The notes under the pieces were generated by a model, which saw only the letters and a list, made by a program, of their open reading frames with translations, was not told the origin of the DNA and did not search any database. A stretch of DNA of 60,992 nt, the filler included. It is 8 parts of 8 records of this genome, joined end to end, with 100 filler letters (N's around TTAATTAATTAA, not from the genome) between each part and the next. Parts side by side here need not be neighbours in the genome. Positions count along the whole stretch, not along the records: positions 40,894 to 54,567 come from SRR20825015_533; positions 54,668 to 57,758 come from SRR20825015_534; positions 57,859 to 60,992 come from SRR20825015_539; 5 more parts are not named here. One strand, 5' to 3'. The position numbers were made by a program, and so were the translations under genes. Below, in pieces: positions 50,947 to 60,992 of this stretch (position 1 is its first letter; each line of letters starts with the position of its first letter).

Positions 50947-51384
50947 TCCGTCAGTTGCCGGCCCCGCGCTCCCGTGGGGTCAGTATCCGGGCTGGAACCT
51001 TGCGGGTCCCGAATTGTTGGATTCGCGCCTTAAAATCTGCAAGAAAAGTATAAGGGTCGAATGGTGTTTATCCGTCGGCGACCTGCCGAATGACGATTGG
51101 CAGGTCATGGCATTCCTGCAGCATTTTCCTTGATTTAAGTCGTAAAACCGCGAATTTCTCGCTGCAATGCGGTATCGGGCTTCCGCATTGCCAACGTTCG
51201 GGCTTCGCTCACGGACAGCGCCCTGTCGATTTCCACCTTTTTTCAAGCAAAAAAGTATCAGTAAATTTTCTGTGGTGATGTTGAGGCGGACGTCGGGCGC
51301 AGCGTAATGTTTTCTCAACGCCGATGCCGTGGAGGGAGCCACGACACATGCCGCAAGGCGATCGACGGCGAGGGAGGATCGAGG

Positions 51385-52269
51385 ATGCAGCCGGATCTGG
51401 AGCTTGTTCATATTCGCAAGGGTGAATCCTTCGCGGCATGGAAGCATGGCTACCCGTTCCGCACCGTGCGCTGGCACTATCACCCCGAATACGAGATCCA
51501 TCTGGTCGTGGCGACGTCCGGCAAATTCTATATCGGCGACTTCATCGGCGATTTCGGGCCCGGCCAGTTGATCATGACCGGACCGAACCTGCCACAGAAC
51601 TGGATCAGCGATGTCGAGACCGATGAAATCGTTCCGGCGCGGTCGCTGATCATCCAGTTTCCCGAAAAATTCATCGAGGACGCCTGTGCGGCCATGCCGG
51701 AAATGCAGGCGATCGGGCCATTGCTGGAACGCTGTCATCGCGGCCTTCTGTTCGACGACGCCACGAGCCGGGTCGTGCGGCCACTGATGGAACGGTTGAT
51801 CGAGGCGCGCGGCATGGAACGTCTTTCACTGTTCTGGCAGGTGCTCGACATTCTCGCCGAGGCACCCGAACCGGAAGTGCTCGCCAGTCTCAGCTACGAG
51901 CTCGACGTTGCCGATATCGATTCCTGTGGGGTCAATCGCGCCATCGCCTATCTGCGGGAACACCTCACGGAGCCGGTCGACGAGAGCGAACTCGCCGGCC
52001 TCGTGGGACAGAGCGCAAGCGCCTTTTCGCGTGCCTTCAAGCGGCACACGGGCACCACGCTGGTTCGTTACAAGAACCAGCTGCGGATCGATCTCGCCTG
52101 CCGGCTTCTTCTCGATTCCGAGGAGATCAGGGTGGCCGAGATCTGTTACGAAGTCGGGTTTTCGAACCTGTCGAACTTCAATCGCCACTTCCTGAAGTTC
52201 AAGGGCATGTCGCCCTCGCAATTCAGGACGACATTTGCGGCCAACGGGGCTCTGGCCATGGCCGACTAA
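51385..52269 (+). CDS. AraC-family transcriptional regulator
   Basis: WHYHPEYEIH cupin plus GFSNLSNFNRHF HTH. Start ATG 51385. Confidence 0.92.
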   Translation: MQPDLELVHIRKGESFAAWKHGYPFRTVRWHYHPEYEIHLVVATSGKFYIGDFIGDFGPGQLIMTGPNLPQNWISDVETDEIVPARSLIIQFPEKFIEDACAAMPEMQAIGPLLERCHRGLLFDDATSRVVRPLMERLIEARGMERLSLFWQVLDILAEAPEPEVLASLSYELDVADIDSCGVNRAIAYLREHLTEPVDESELAGLVGQSASAFSRAFKRHTGTTLVRYKNQLRIDLACRLLLDSEEIRVAEICYEVGFSNLSNFNRHFLKFKGMSPSQFRTTFAANGALAMAD

Positions 52270-52365
52270 GCCCGGACGAAACAACCTGATTCAGCAATTC
52301 GGGCGACATGGTGTTGTCCGGAAACGGGAGGCCTTTGCCTGCCCGCACCAATGGGAGGACTTGAA

Positions 52366-53280
52366 ATGAATGTTCTGACGAAGACACTGTCCATTGCAGC
52401 CCTTGCCGCTACGACGGCGCTGCCGGCGCTTGCCCAGGATGACGGCCTGAAGATCGGCATGACCTTTCAGGAGATGAACAATCCCTATTTCGTCTCGATG
52501 AAGGAAGCGCTCGATGAAGCCGCCGCCAGCCTCGGCGCCGAGGTGATCGTGACCGATGCAGGCCATGATGTCGCCAAGCAGATTTCCGACGTTGAAGACA
52601 TGCTGCAGCAGAATATCGACATTCTCCTGCTCAACCCGACCGACAGCGCCGGCGTCGAGGCCGCCGTCAACATGGCCAAGCAGCAGGGCGTGATCGTTGT
52701 CGCCGTGGATGCCAATGCCGCGGGCCCGGTCGATACATTTGTCGGATCCAAGAACCGCGATGCGGGTTATCAGTCGTGCAAATATCTCGGCGAGGCGCTG
52801 GGCGGCTCGGGCGAAGTCGCGATCCTTGACGGGATTCCGGTGATCCCGATCCTCGAGCGCGTCGAGGGCTGCAAGGCCGCGCTTGGCGAGTTCGACGGCA
52901 TAGAGCTGGTCGATACGCAGAACGGCCGGCAGGACCGCTCGGTGGCGCTGGGCGTGGTTGAAAACATGATCCAGTCGCACCCGAACCTTGCCGGTATCTT
53001 CTCGGTCAATGACGGCGGCGCGATGGGTGCGCTTGCGGCCATTCAGGGGTCCGGCAAGGACATCAAGCTGACCTCCGTCGATGGCGCTCCGGAAGCCGTC
53101 AAGGCGATCAGCGACGGTACGCCGTTCATCGAGACCACGGCGCAGTTCCCGCGCGACCAGGTGCGCGTCGGTCTCGCCATGGCGCTCGCCCAGATGTGGG
53201 GCGCCCGCGTGGTTCCGAAGGAAGTTCCGATCGACGTGCGTGTGGTCGATTCCGAAAACGCAGCGGATTTCAGCTGGTAA
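52366..53280 (+). CDS. Sugar/polyol ABC substrate-binding protein (RbsB-like)
   Basis: Signal peptide, [13 protein letters not shown]. Start ATG 52366. Confidence 0.92.
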   Translation: MNVLTKTLSIAALAATTALPALAQDDGLKIGMTFQEMNNPYFVSMKEALDEAAASLGAEVIVTDAGHDVAKQISDVEDMLQQNIDILLLNPTDSAGVEAAVNMAKQQGVIVVAVDANAAGPVDTFVGSKNRDAGYQSCKYLGEALGGSGEVAILDGIPVIPILERVEGCKAALGEFDGIELVDTQNGRQDRSVALGVVENMIQSHPNLAGIFSVNDGGAMGALAAIQGSGKDIKLTSVDGAPEAVKAISDGTPFIETTAQFPRDQVRVGLAMALAQMWGARVVPKEVPIDVRVVDSENAADFSW

Positions 53281-53354
53281 CATCTCCTCCAGGCCGCCCC
53301 CGCGTTCCGATCGAACCGGGGGCGGGCTTCCTCTTCCATGCTCGGGATAAGATC

Positions 53355-54567
53355 ATGCTGGAATTGCAAGGCATCAAGAAAAGCTTCGGAAGGATCGAGG
53401 TCCTGCATGGGGTCGACCTCCATGTCGAGGCGGGTGAAATCCATGCGCTTCTGGGGGAAAACGGAGCCGGCAAGTCGACCCTGATGAAGATCGTCTGCGG
53501 CATCTTCCGGCCGAGTGAAGGCACGATCCGCGTTGACGGCAACGAGTGTCATTTCGCCGATTATGACGAGGCGATCGATGCCGGCATCGGTATCGTGTTC
53601 CAGGAATTCAGCCTTGTTCCCTATCTTAACGCCGTCGAGAACATGTTTCTGGCGCGTGAGATCAGCAACCGCTTCGGCCTGCTCGACCGCAGGGCGATGC
53701 GACAACGCGCCCGCGAGATCCTGCGCCGGCTCGACGTCGACCTTCCGCTCGATGTTCCGGTCGGCCGGCTTTCGGTTGCCGAACAGCAGTTCGTCGAGAT
53801 CGCCAAGGCCCTGTCTCTCAACGCGCGGATACTGGTGCTGGACGAGCCGACGGCAACGTTGACGCCATCGGAGGTCGAGCACCTGTTCAAGGTGATGCGT
53901 GAATTGCGCAGCCAGGGCGTCGCGGTCGTCTTCATATCCCACCATCTCGAGGAGATTTTCGAGATCTGTGACCGCATCACGGTGCTGCGCGACGGCGAAT
54001 TCGTCGCCACCTGCCGCGTGGCCGAGGTCGATCACGACCGACTCGTCGAAATGATGGTCGGGCGGCGCATCGAGAACAGCTTTCCGCCCAAGCCTGCCGC
54101 GACACCGGACGCGCCGATGCGGCTGGAGGTTCAGGAAATCCAGTTGCACAAGGGCGGGCCGGTCTCGAAATTCGAACTGCGCGAGGGCGAAATCCTGGGC
54201 TTCGCCGGTCTGGTCGGCTCGGGCCGCACCGAGACGGCGCTGGCCATGCTCGGGGCCCATCCGGCAAGCCGCTGCAAGATGCTGATCGACGGCGCGGAAA
54301 CGCGCCTTTCCTCACCGGCCGACGGTCTGGCGCGGGGCATCGGCCTGCTGCCGGAAAGCCGCAAGACGGAAGGGCTGATCACCAGCTTTTCGATCTTGCA
54401 GAATGTTTCCCTCAACAATTACCGCAAATACCGGGCCGCCCGCTTCTTCATCGACATGAACAAGGAGATGTCCTCCACGCAAACCGCGATGGACCAGGTG
54501 CGCGTCAAGGCACAGGGACCCCGCGCCCGTGTTGATACGCTGTCGGGCGGCAACCAGCAGAAGGTGG
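53355..54567 (+). CDS. Sugar ABC ATP-binding protein (RbsA-like), 3' truncated
   Basis: [27 protein letters not shown]. Confidence 0.92.
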
Positions 54568-54667
54568 NNNNNNNNNNNNNNNNNNNNNNNNNNNNNNNNN
54601 NNNNNNNNNNNTTAATTAATTAANNNNNNNNNNNNNNNNNNNNNNNNNNNNNNNNNNNNNNNNNNNN

Positions 54668-55187
54668 CTGGATGTATAACGGCCAGTTCGGCATGATCTC
54701 GGGCCTGCTGCAGAACTTCGGCATCACCGATGGCCCCATCGCCTGGCTGGCCTATGGCGAGACCGCCTTCTGGGCCACGATCATCACCGATGTGTGGATC
54801 GGCGTGCCCATGGTCACCATCTATTTCCTGGCCGCCATGCAGTCGATTCCGCGCGATCTACATGAAGCTGCCTGGACCGATGGCGCGGGCCGCTTCTATC
54901 GCTTCCGCCGCATCACCGTGCCGCTGATGGTGCCTGCCATCATCACCATGAGCCTGCTTTCGCTCATCGCCACCTTCAATTCCTTCGACATCATCTGGAT
55001 CCTGACCCAGGGCGGTCCGTCCGGTTCGACCACCACGATGATCATCGACACCTACAAGACCGCCATGGGGTCGCGCAGATATGGCGAGGGTGCGGCGCGT
55101 GCCGTGGTCATCTCGCTCTTCGTGACCGCCTTCTGCATTGTTTACTTCCGTGCCGTCCGCAAGCTCCAGCAGGGAGAAGCCAAATGA
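54668..55187 (+). CDS. Carbohydrate ABC permease, 5' truncated
   Basis: IPRDLHEAAWTDGA, LTQGGP. Confidence 0.9.
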
Positions 55188-56131
55188 GCGACGTCGCCCG
55201 TTCCACAGAAGTCGCGGCCGCCGATTCCAAGGCCAGTGTCCAGCCCCAGGCCAAGGCCCGCCGCGGTCTCTGGTCGGCCAGCCGCCCGATGATCGACCGC
55301 TACAGCCTGATCGAGGTGATCGGTCTCTATGCCGGCATCGCGCTGTTCCTGTTCTTCGTGCTGGCCCCGTTCATCGAAGGCTTCCTGGTGTCATTGAAGC
55401 CACTGGCCCAGCTCTTCTCGACGCCCTACAGCTTCATTCCCGAAAACGGGTCCTTCGCGGCCTATTTCAGCATGTGGGAATCCGTGCCTGCCCTGGGCAT
55501 GCACATCTTCAATTCCTTCTTCATCTCCACCGTGGTCACGGCCATCGTGGTCGCCATCGTGGTGCCCGCCGCCTATGCCTTTGCCCGCTTCAACTTCACC
55601 GGCGCCGGCCTGCTGCTGGCCGGGTTCCTGGCGGTCAACATGTTCTCGGGCGCGGTGCTGCTGATCCCGCTGTTCCGCCTGATGCGTACGCTTGGTCTGC
55701 TCAACACCTATTGGGCCATGATCGTGCCGGGCGCGGCCTTCCTCATTCCCTCGTCCGTCTGGCTCTTGCGCACCTATATGATGCGCATCCCGCGCGAGTT
55801 GGACGAAGCCGCCTGGGTCGATGGTGCAAGCCGCCTCTACACCCTGCGTCGTGTCATCCTGCCGCTGGCCATGCCGGGCGTCGTCGTGGTCGCTATCATG
55901 ACCTTCATCGGTGCTTACGCCCAGCAGTTCATTTTCGCGCTGACCTTCAACTCCAAGACAGAATTCATGCCGCTGCCGGTTGGGCTCTTCGCCTTCTTCG
56001 GCAAGCAGGAAGTGATCTGGAACGAGTTGATGGCGGCGTCCTTCGTCGGAATCCTGCCGGTCATGATCGTCATCGTGTTCCTGCAGCGCTATCTCGTCGC
56101 CGGTCTCACCGCCGGCGCCGTGAAGCAGTAA
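55184..56131 (+). CDS. Carbohydrate ABC permease
   Basis: IPRELDEAAWVDGA, QRYLVAGLTAGAVK. Confidence 0.92.
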   Translation: MSDVARSTEVAAADSKASVQPQAKARRGLWSASRPMIDRYSLIEVIGLYAGIALFLFFVLAPFIEGFLVSLKPLAQLFSTPYSFIPENGSFAAYFSMWESVPALGMHIFNSFFISTVVTAIVVAIVVPAAYAFARFNFTGAGLLLAGFLAVNMFSGAVLLIPLFRLMRTLGLLNTYWAMIVPGAAFLIPSSVWLLRTYMMRIPRELDEAAWVDGASRLYTLRRVILPLAMPGVVVVAIMTFIGAYAQQFIFALTFNSKTEFMPLPVGLFAFFGKQEVIWNELMAASFVGILPVMIVIVFLQRYLVAGLTAGAVKQ

Positions 56132-56260
56132 CTGGCGCGGCGCCAATCCGGACCTGGTCCGGTCCGGTGCCGCACCAATCAAGGTTTGGAGATCGTTCAA
56201 CAGCCAATGTTGAACGGCTCCGAGAGGGCCGAGGGGCCCGCAATCAAGGGAGACTACCAA

Positions 56261-57481
56261 GTGAAAAAGACAATCGGTTTGGTAACCGTGTCCATGCTGG
56301 CTCTGGCCGGCGCCGCCCCGGCGGCCTATGCGCAGGACCAGGAAATCGCCTTCATCAACTGTGGTGACGAGCTGACCGCTGGCTATGCCGACTACTTCGC
56401 CGAGTGGGAAGCCGAAAACCCCGGCTTCAAGGTCATGCCCGAGATCGTGGGCTGGGGCCAGTGCCAGGACAAGGTGACCACGCTCGCTGCTGCCGGTACC
56501 CCGGTCGCGCTGGCCTATGTCGGCTCGCGTACCCTCAAGCAGTTCGCCATCAACGATCTGATCGTTCCCGTGCCGATGACGGACGAGGAAAAGGCATCCT
56601 ACTACAACTACGTGCCCGACACCGTCACCTTCGACGGCACCCAGTGGGGCGTTCCGGTTGCCTTCTCGACCAAGGCCCTGTTCTGGAACAAGGATCTGTT
56701 CGAAGAAGCCGGCCTCGACCCTGAAGTGCCGCCCGCGACCTGGGAAGAAAAGATCGCTTTCGCCAAGCAGATCACCGAGAACACCGATGCCGCCGGCTAC
56801 GGTGCTGTTGCCAAGACCTTCGACAACACCATGCACCAGTTCCTGCATTGGGTTTACACCAATGACGGCCTGATCATCGACGCCGATGGCAACATCGTTG
56901 CCGACTCGCCGCAGGTCCTGGCGGCCCTGACCGCCCTGGATGATATCATCCCCTATTCCGAAGAAGGCCCGACCGCTTACGAGCAGAACGAAGTCCGTGC
57001 CATCTGGCTCGATGGTGGCGTCGCCATGATCGAAGCTTCGGTCGGTGCTGCCCTTCGCGCTGAAGAAGCCGGCATGAACTGGGGCGTCGCTGCCCTGCCG
57101 CAGGGGCCGGACGCCAAGGGTCCCGGTACGCTGCTGATCACTGACTCGCTGGCCGTCTTCAAGGGCACCGGTGTTGAAGAGCAGGCCATTAGCCTGGCCA
57201 AGTTCATCACCGCTCCCGAGCGTCAGTGGGCTGCCGAAATGGCCCAGGGCCTGACCCCGCTGCGTCCGCTTGAGCCGCAGACTTCGGAACTGGTTGCCGA
57301 GAAGCCCTACTGGAAGCCGTTCCTCGACGGCATCGAGTTCGGTGGTCCCGAGCCGCTGTTCACCGACTATATCGGTCTGCAGAACACCATGATTGAAATG
57401 GTCCAGTCGGTCGTCACCGGCGCTGCCGAGCCTGCTGACGCCCTGACCAAGGCCGCCGGCGAACTCGAGCTCTACAAATAG
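56261..57481 (+). CDS. Carbohydrate ABC substrate-binding protein
   Basis: GTG start after GGGAGA, signal peptide, FWNKDLFEEAGLD. Confidence 0.92.
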   Translation: MKKTIGLVTVSMLALAGAAPAAYAQDQEIAFINCGDELTAGYADYFAEWEAENPGFKVMPEIVGWGQCQDKVTTLAAAGTPVALAYVGSRTLKQFAINDLIVPVPMTDEEKASYYNYVPDTVTFDGTQWGVPVAFSTKALFWNKDLFEEAGLDPEVPPATWEEKIAFAKQITENTDAAGYGAVAKTFDNTMHQFLHWVYTNDGLIIDADGNIVADSPQVLAALTALDDIIPYSEEGPTAYEQNEVRAIWLDGGVAMIEASVGAALRAEEAGMNWGVAALPQGPDAKGPGTLLITDSLAVFKGTGVEEQAISLAKFITAPERQWAAEMAQGLTPLRPLEPQTSELVAEKPYWKPFLDGIEFGGPEPLFTDYIGLQNTMIEMVQSVVTGAAEPADALTKAAGELELYK

Positions 57482-57495
57482 GTCCTCCTGACCTG

Positions 57496-57519
57496 GCCGT
57501 CGCCCTTCGGGGCGGCGGC
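57496..57519 (+). terminator. cUUCGg-capped hairpin after the SBP gene
   Basis: GCCGTCGCCC-TTCG-GGGCGGCGGC. Confidence 0.55.
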
Positions 57520-57638
57520 TTCGAATCGGCCGTCAGGCAAAATTGCTCCGGTGGAGCAATTTTAGGAAAGAAGGCCATGCGGGCTTTGCCCGGGTGGCGG
57601 GTTACCGCAGAAATTATTTACCGCCGGAGACGCGAACC

Positions 57639-57758
57639 ATGTCGCAACTGAGCCTCAAGCGCCTCGAAAAATCCTTCAACGAAGCCCGCATCATCAAGGG
57701 CATCGATCTCGATGTGAGCGAAGGCGAGTTCGTGGTTTTCGTCGGCCCCTCGGGCTGC
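57639..57758 (+). CDS. MalK/UgpC-like ABC ATP-binding protein, 5' fragment
   Basis: GIDLDVSEGEFVVFVGPSGC. Confidence 0.88.
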
Positions 57759-57858
57759 NNNNNNNNNNNNNNNNNNNNNNNNNNNNNNNNNNNNNNNNNN
57801 NNTTAATTAATTAANNNNNNNNNNNNNNNNNNNNNNNNNNNNNNNNNNNNNNNNNNNN

Positions 57859-57910
57859 CATCACCGGCGTCGACTTCCCCGTCGACGGCGGCTCGACCCC
57901 GGGGCTCTGA
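57859..57910 (+). CDS. SDR oxidoreductase C-terminal fragment
   Basis: ITGVDFPVDGG...*. Confidence 0.6.
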
Positions 57911-57989
57911 CGTCCGCGCCCAGGCTCGGCGACGAGCCCGCCTCCGGCCCCTTCTGCCGGCCGCCGGACGAACGCAGGAGCCGCGCGGT

Positions 57990-58766
57990 TCAGCGGCGCT
58001 GGTTCTCGAAGAACGCGTTGATGCGCTGGACCGCCTCCGGGCTGGTCTGGGTCAGCGCCGCCGCCAGCGATTCGGTGAAGAGGCCGGCGCGCGCCGGCAT
58101 CTCCGCGATCTGGGCCAGCGCCTGCAGGATCATCCGGTTCGACAGCGGCGCGTTGTCCGCCACCTCACGGGCGTACTCCATGGCCTGCTCGCAGGCGCCC
58201 CCCGGCTCCGCCAATCGCTGGAAGAGGCCGGCGGCCAGCCCTTCCTGCGCATCGATCTCCCTCCCCGACAGCATGAGCTCCATCAGCCGGCTTGTGCCGA
58301 TCAGCCGGCCGACCCGCACCGACGCTCCGCCGCCGACGAAGATGCCGCGCCGCCCCTCCGGCAGGCAGAACCGGCAGTTCGGATCGGCGATCCGCACGTG
58401 CGCGGCCGACGCGAGCTCAAGACCGGCTCCGACCACATAGCCCTTCAGCGCGCAGACGACCGGAATGGTGCTGTCGGCGATGGACTGCGTCACCCGATGC
58501 CAGAGCGCGGAGATGTCCAGCACGGCTTCCGGGGTCCGCTCCTTGTGCTCGGACAGGTCCAGGCCGGCGCTGAAGTTGTCGCCGTCCGCCCGGATCACCA
58601 CGGCCTTCCACTCCGGCCGAATGTCGGCAAAGGCCGCGCCCACGGCAACGATCATCTCCGCGCTGATGGCGTTGCGCTTGTCCGGCCGGTTCAGGGTGAC
58701 GATGCCGAGCGCACCCTCCGTCTCGACCCGAACCGTCGACGCTGACGAATGAATTGACCGATCCAA
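57990..58766 (-). CDS. Crotonase/enoyl-CoA hydratase family protein
   Basis: LNRPDKRNAI, FSAGLDL, GAGLELA, LPEG.RGIFVGGG. Confidence 0.92.
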   Translation of the reverse strand: MDRSIHSSASTVRVETEGALGIVTLNRPDKRNAISAEMIVAVGAAFADIRPEWKAVVIRADGDNFSAGLDLSEHKERTPEAVLDISALWHRVTQSIADSTIPVVCALKGYVVGAGLELASAAHVRIADPNCRFCLPEGRRGIFVGGGASVRVGRLIGTSRLMELMLSGREIDAQEGLAAGLFQRLAEPGGACEQAMEYAREVADNAPLSNRMILQALAQIAEMPARAGLFTESLAAALTQTSPEAVQRINAFFENQRR

Positions 58767-58908
58767 TTTTCACACACCGTTATGTTTCAGGGACACCGGA
58801 GAGGTTGGCGTTGGCACCGTATCAAGCCCCGACCCAACGATCCAGTCAGCTTGACAAGCAGTTTTTCATATGTCCAATTTTTACGGCAACGTAAATTGAG
58901 ATGTCGAT

Positions 58909-60120
58909 GTGAAGCCGATCGCAGAGATCCCCTACGGCGCCTACTGGTCGAGCCCCTTTGCCCGCTGGCAGGGCGCGCTGGCGAACGCGCACAGTCTCGA
59001 GCTCGCGGCGGCGACGGCGCGGCATGAGACGGCGCGGCGGGGCATCGATGTCGGGGAGTTCGATTTCGGGGTGCTGGGTATGACGGTGCCCCAGCGCGGC
59101 AGCTTCTACGGGCTGCCGTGGCTGATGGGCATGCTCGGCGCGGAGCAGGCCGCCGGCCCGACGGTCAGCCAGGCCTGCGCCACCGGCGCGCGGGCCTTGG
59201 CGATGGGCTGCGAGGAGGTCGCGAGCGGCCGCTCCGGCATGGCGCTGGTGATCACCGCCGACCGGGTCTCCAACGGTCCGCAGATCATCTACCCGTGCCC
59301 CAACGCCCAGGGCGGGGCCGGCGACTACGAGAACTGGATCCTCGACAACTTCGCCCGCGACCCCTTCGCCGGCTGCGCGATGATTGAAACCGCGGAGAAC
59401 GTCGCGGCCCGCTTCGGCATATCGATGGCCGAACAGCACGACGTGGTGCAGATGCGCTATGCACAGTACCAGGAGGCGCTGAAGGACGATCGCGCCTTCC
59501 AGAAGCGCTACATGACGCTGCCCTTCGAGGTCCCGGCGTCGGGGCGACGCGGACAGCCGGTGGTGCTGGCCGGCGACGAAGGCATCTATCCGACCACGCC
59601 CGAGAAGCTCGCCGGCCTCTCCCCCGCCGTCGAGGGCGGCACGGTCAGCTTCGCGGCCCAGACGCATCCCGCCGATGGCAACGCCGCGCTCATCGCCGCC
59701 GCGCCGGACAAGGCCGTCGCGCTGTCCGCCGACCCCGGCATCCGGATCCGTCCCGTGGCGTTCGGCCAGAGCCGCGCGGCAAAGGGCTTCATGCCGGCCG
59801 CCCCCATCGAGGCCGCCCGCGCCGCGCTGACCAGCGCCGGCCTGACCATCTCCGACATGTCGGCCGTCAAGTCCCACAACCCGTTCGCGGTGAACGACAT
59901 CGCCTTCGCCAGGAGCTTTGGCATCGATCTGGCGAGCATGAACAATTTCGGCTGCTCGCTGATCTGGGGCCACCCGCAGGGTCCGACCGGCATCCGCGCG
60001 ATCATCGAGATGATCGAGGAACTGGTGCTGAAGGGCGGCGGCTACGGCCTCTTCCAGGGCTGCGCGGCCGGCGACAGCGCCATGGCGGTGATCGTGCGGG
60101 TGGACGACCGGGGCGCATGA
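58909..60120 (+). CDS. Thiolase family protein
   Basis: QACATG, HNPFA, GHPQGPTG, GCAAGD. Confidence 0.9.
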   Translation: MKPIAEIPYGAYWSSPFARWQGALANAHSLELAAATARHETARRGIDVGEFDFGVLGMTVPQRGSFYGLPWLMGMLGAEQAAGPTVSQACATGARALAMGCEEVASGRSGMALVITADRVSNGPQIIYPCPNAQGGAGDYENWILDNFARDPFAGCAMIETAENVAARFGISMAEQHDVVQMRYAQYQEALKDDRAFQKRYMTLPFEVPASGRRGQPVVLAGDEGIYPTTPEKLAGLSPAVEGGTVSFAAQTHPADGNAALIAAAPDKAVALSADPGIRIRPVAFGQSRAAKGFMPAAPIEAARAALTSAGLTISDMSAVKSHNPFAVNDIAFARSFGIDLASMNNFGCSLIWGHPQGPTGIRAIIEMIEELVLKGGGYGLFQGCAAGDSAMAVIVRVDDRGA

Positions 60121-60992
60121 CCATGCCGGACGCCTTCCCCTCGGTCGTTCACATGCTGGCCCATGCGGCCGGCGCCCATCCGCACAAGGAAGCCCTGGTG
60201 TGCGGCGGCGACCGGCTCACCTATGCGCAGTACGCGACCGCCGTGGCCCGCTTCGCGTCGGAACTCGCCGGGCTGGGCGCTTCCGGCGGGCGCGTGGCGC
60301 TGATCCTGCCGAACTCCACCGACTTCGCGATCGCCGCCTTCGCCAGCCTGGCGGCCGGCGCCCAGACGGCGCCGCTGAACCCGCTCTACACCGCCCACGA
60401 GCTCGGCGAGATCCTGCAGGACTGCCAGCCCGATGTCGTGCTGGTCGCCCCCGAGGCGCGGGAGAAGATCGCCAGCCTGACCGGCCGGCTCGATCTCGGC
60501 ACGGTGATCGAGATCGGCCCGCAGGCCCGCAGCCTTCGGGACGGCGCGGCGGGGCCCGCCGCGACGGTGCCCCTCCCCGCTCCTGACGCCCTCGGCATCC
60601 TCCAGTACACCGGCGGCACCACCGGCAAGCCGAAGGGCGTCGACATCACCCACCGCGCGACGGCGACGAACGTCTCCCAGCGCCAGGCGGTGGTGCCCAT
60701 CGGGACCGATGACCGGCTGCTCGTGATGACGCCGCTCTATCACGTCTATGCCAGCTCGATGGGCCTGTTCGCGGCCGCCTACGCCGCCGCCACGCTGGTC
60801 ATCCTGCCCCGCTACACCCCGGAGATCGCCCTGACGACGATCGGCCGGGAGCGGATCAGCTTCTTTGCCGGAAGCCCGACCATCTATCACGGCCTGCTCG
60901 CCCATCCGCTGATGGAGCGGACGGACTTCAGCGAACTGAGCCTCTGCTTCTCCGGCGCGTCCGCCTTGCCGGCGAAGACGCTGGAGGACTGG
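60117..60992 (+). CDS. AMP-dependent acyl-CoA synthetase, truncated by window end (absent from the ORF track)
   Basis: ATG overlapping the thiolase stop; MTMPDAFPSVVHML...; AMP-binding motif ILQYTGGTTGKPKGV near 60600-60640. Confidence 0.9.
   Translation, partial: MTMPDAFPSVVHMLAHAAGAHPHKEALVCGGDRLTYAQYATAVARFASELAGLGASGGRVALILPNSTDFAIAAFASLAAGAQTAPLNPLYTAHELGEILQDCQPDVVLVAPEAREKIASLTGRLDLGTVIEIGPQARSLRDGAAGPAATVPLPAPDALGILQYTGGTTGKPKGVDITHRATATNVSQRQAVVPIGTDDRLLVMTPLYHVYASSMGLFAAAYAAATLVILPRYTPEIALTTIGRERISFFAGSPTIYHGLLAHPLMERTDFSELSLCFSGASALPAKTLEDW

Noticed and set aside
11719-57858. Seven identical TTAATTAATTAA elements flanked by Ns as a biological repeat
   Set aside because: Artificial scaffolding linker. 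Genes on either side are truncated and unrelated, so no cross-contig gene neighbourhoods were inferred.

Overview
This window is not one locus. It is eight unrelated contigs joined by artificial 100-nt linkers (N44-TTAATTAATTAA-N44) at 11719-11818, 30134-30233, 35683-35782, 38525-38624, 40794-40893, 54568-54667 and 57759-57858. Six contigs look alphaproteobacterial and two (30234-35682, 35783-38524) look eukaryotic; the first of these has clear spliceosomal introns. Most of the content is ordinary: ABC transporters, catabolic operons, an FMN riboswitch with ribH2, msrP, a FIST/NosP-kinase pair and a kduI/GH105 uronate cluster. The standout is an AT-rich island at about 17.5-21.1 kb. Four copies of a 27-bp hairpin motif (RAATTAARGGGACAYACNNYYYAATTN) delimit two ~1-kb cassettes. 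These sit between the N- and C-terminal remnants of a RAYT-type (HUH/Y1) tyrosine transposase, which are in permuted order. Both cassettes have the same layout: 3' tail of a T1SS hlyD gene, then an unrelated AT-rich gene, then the truncated 5' start of the next gene. This looks like an archive of alternative alleles of one slot in a T1SS locus, possibly immunity genes for secreted toxins, assembled by a RAYT/repeat system. The architecture is seen in the sequence; the mechanism and function are inference. All family assignments come from motif recognition by eye, with no database searches.
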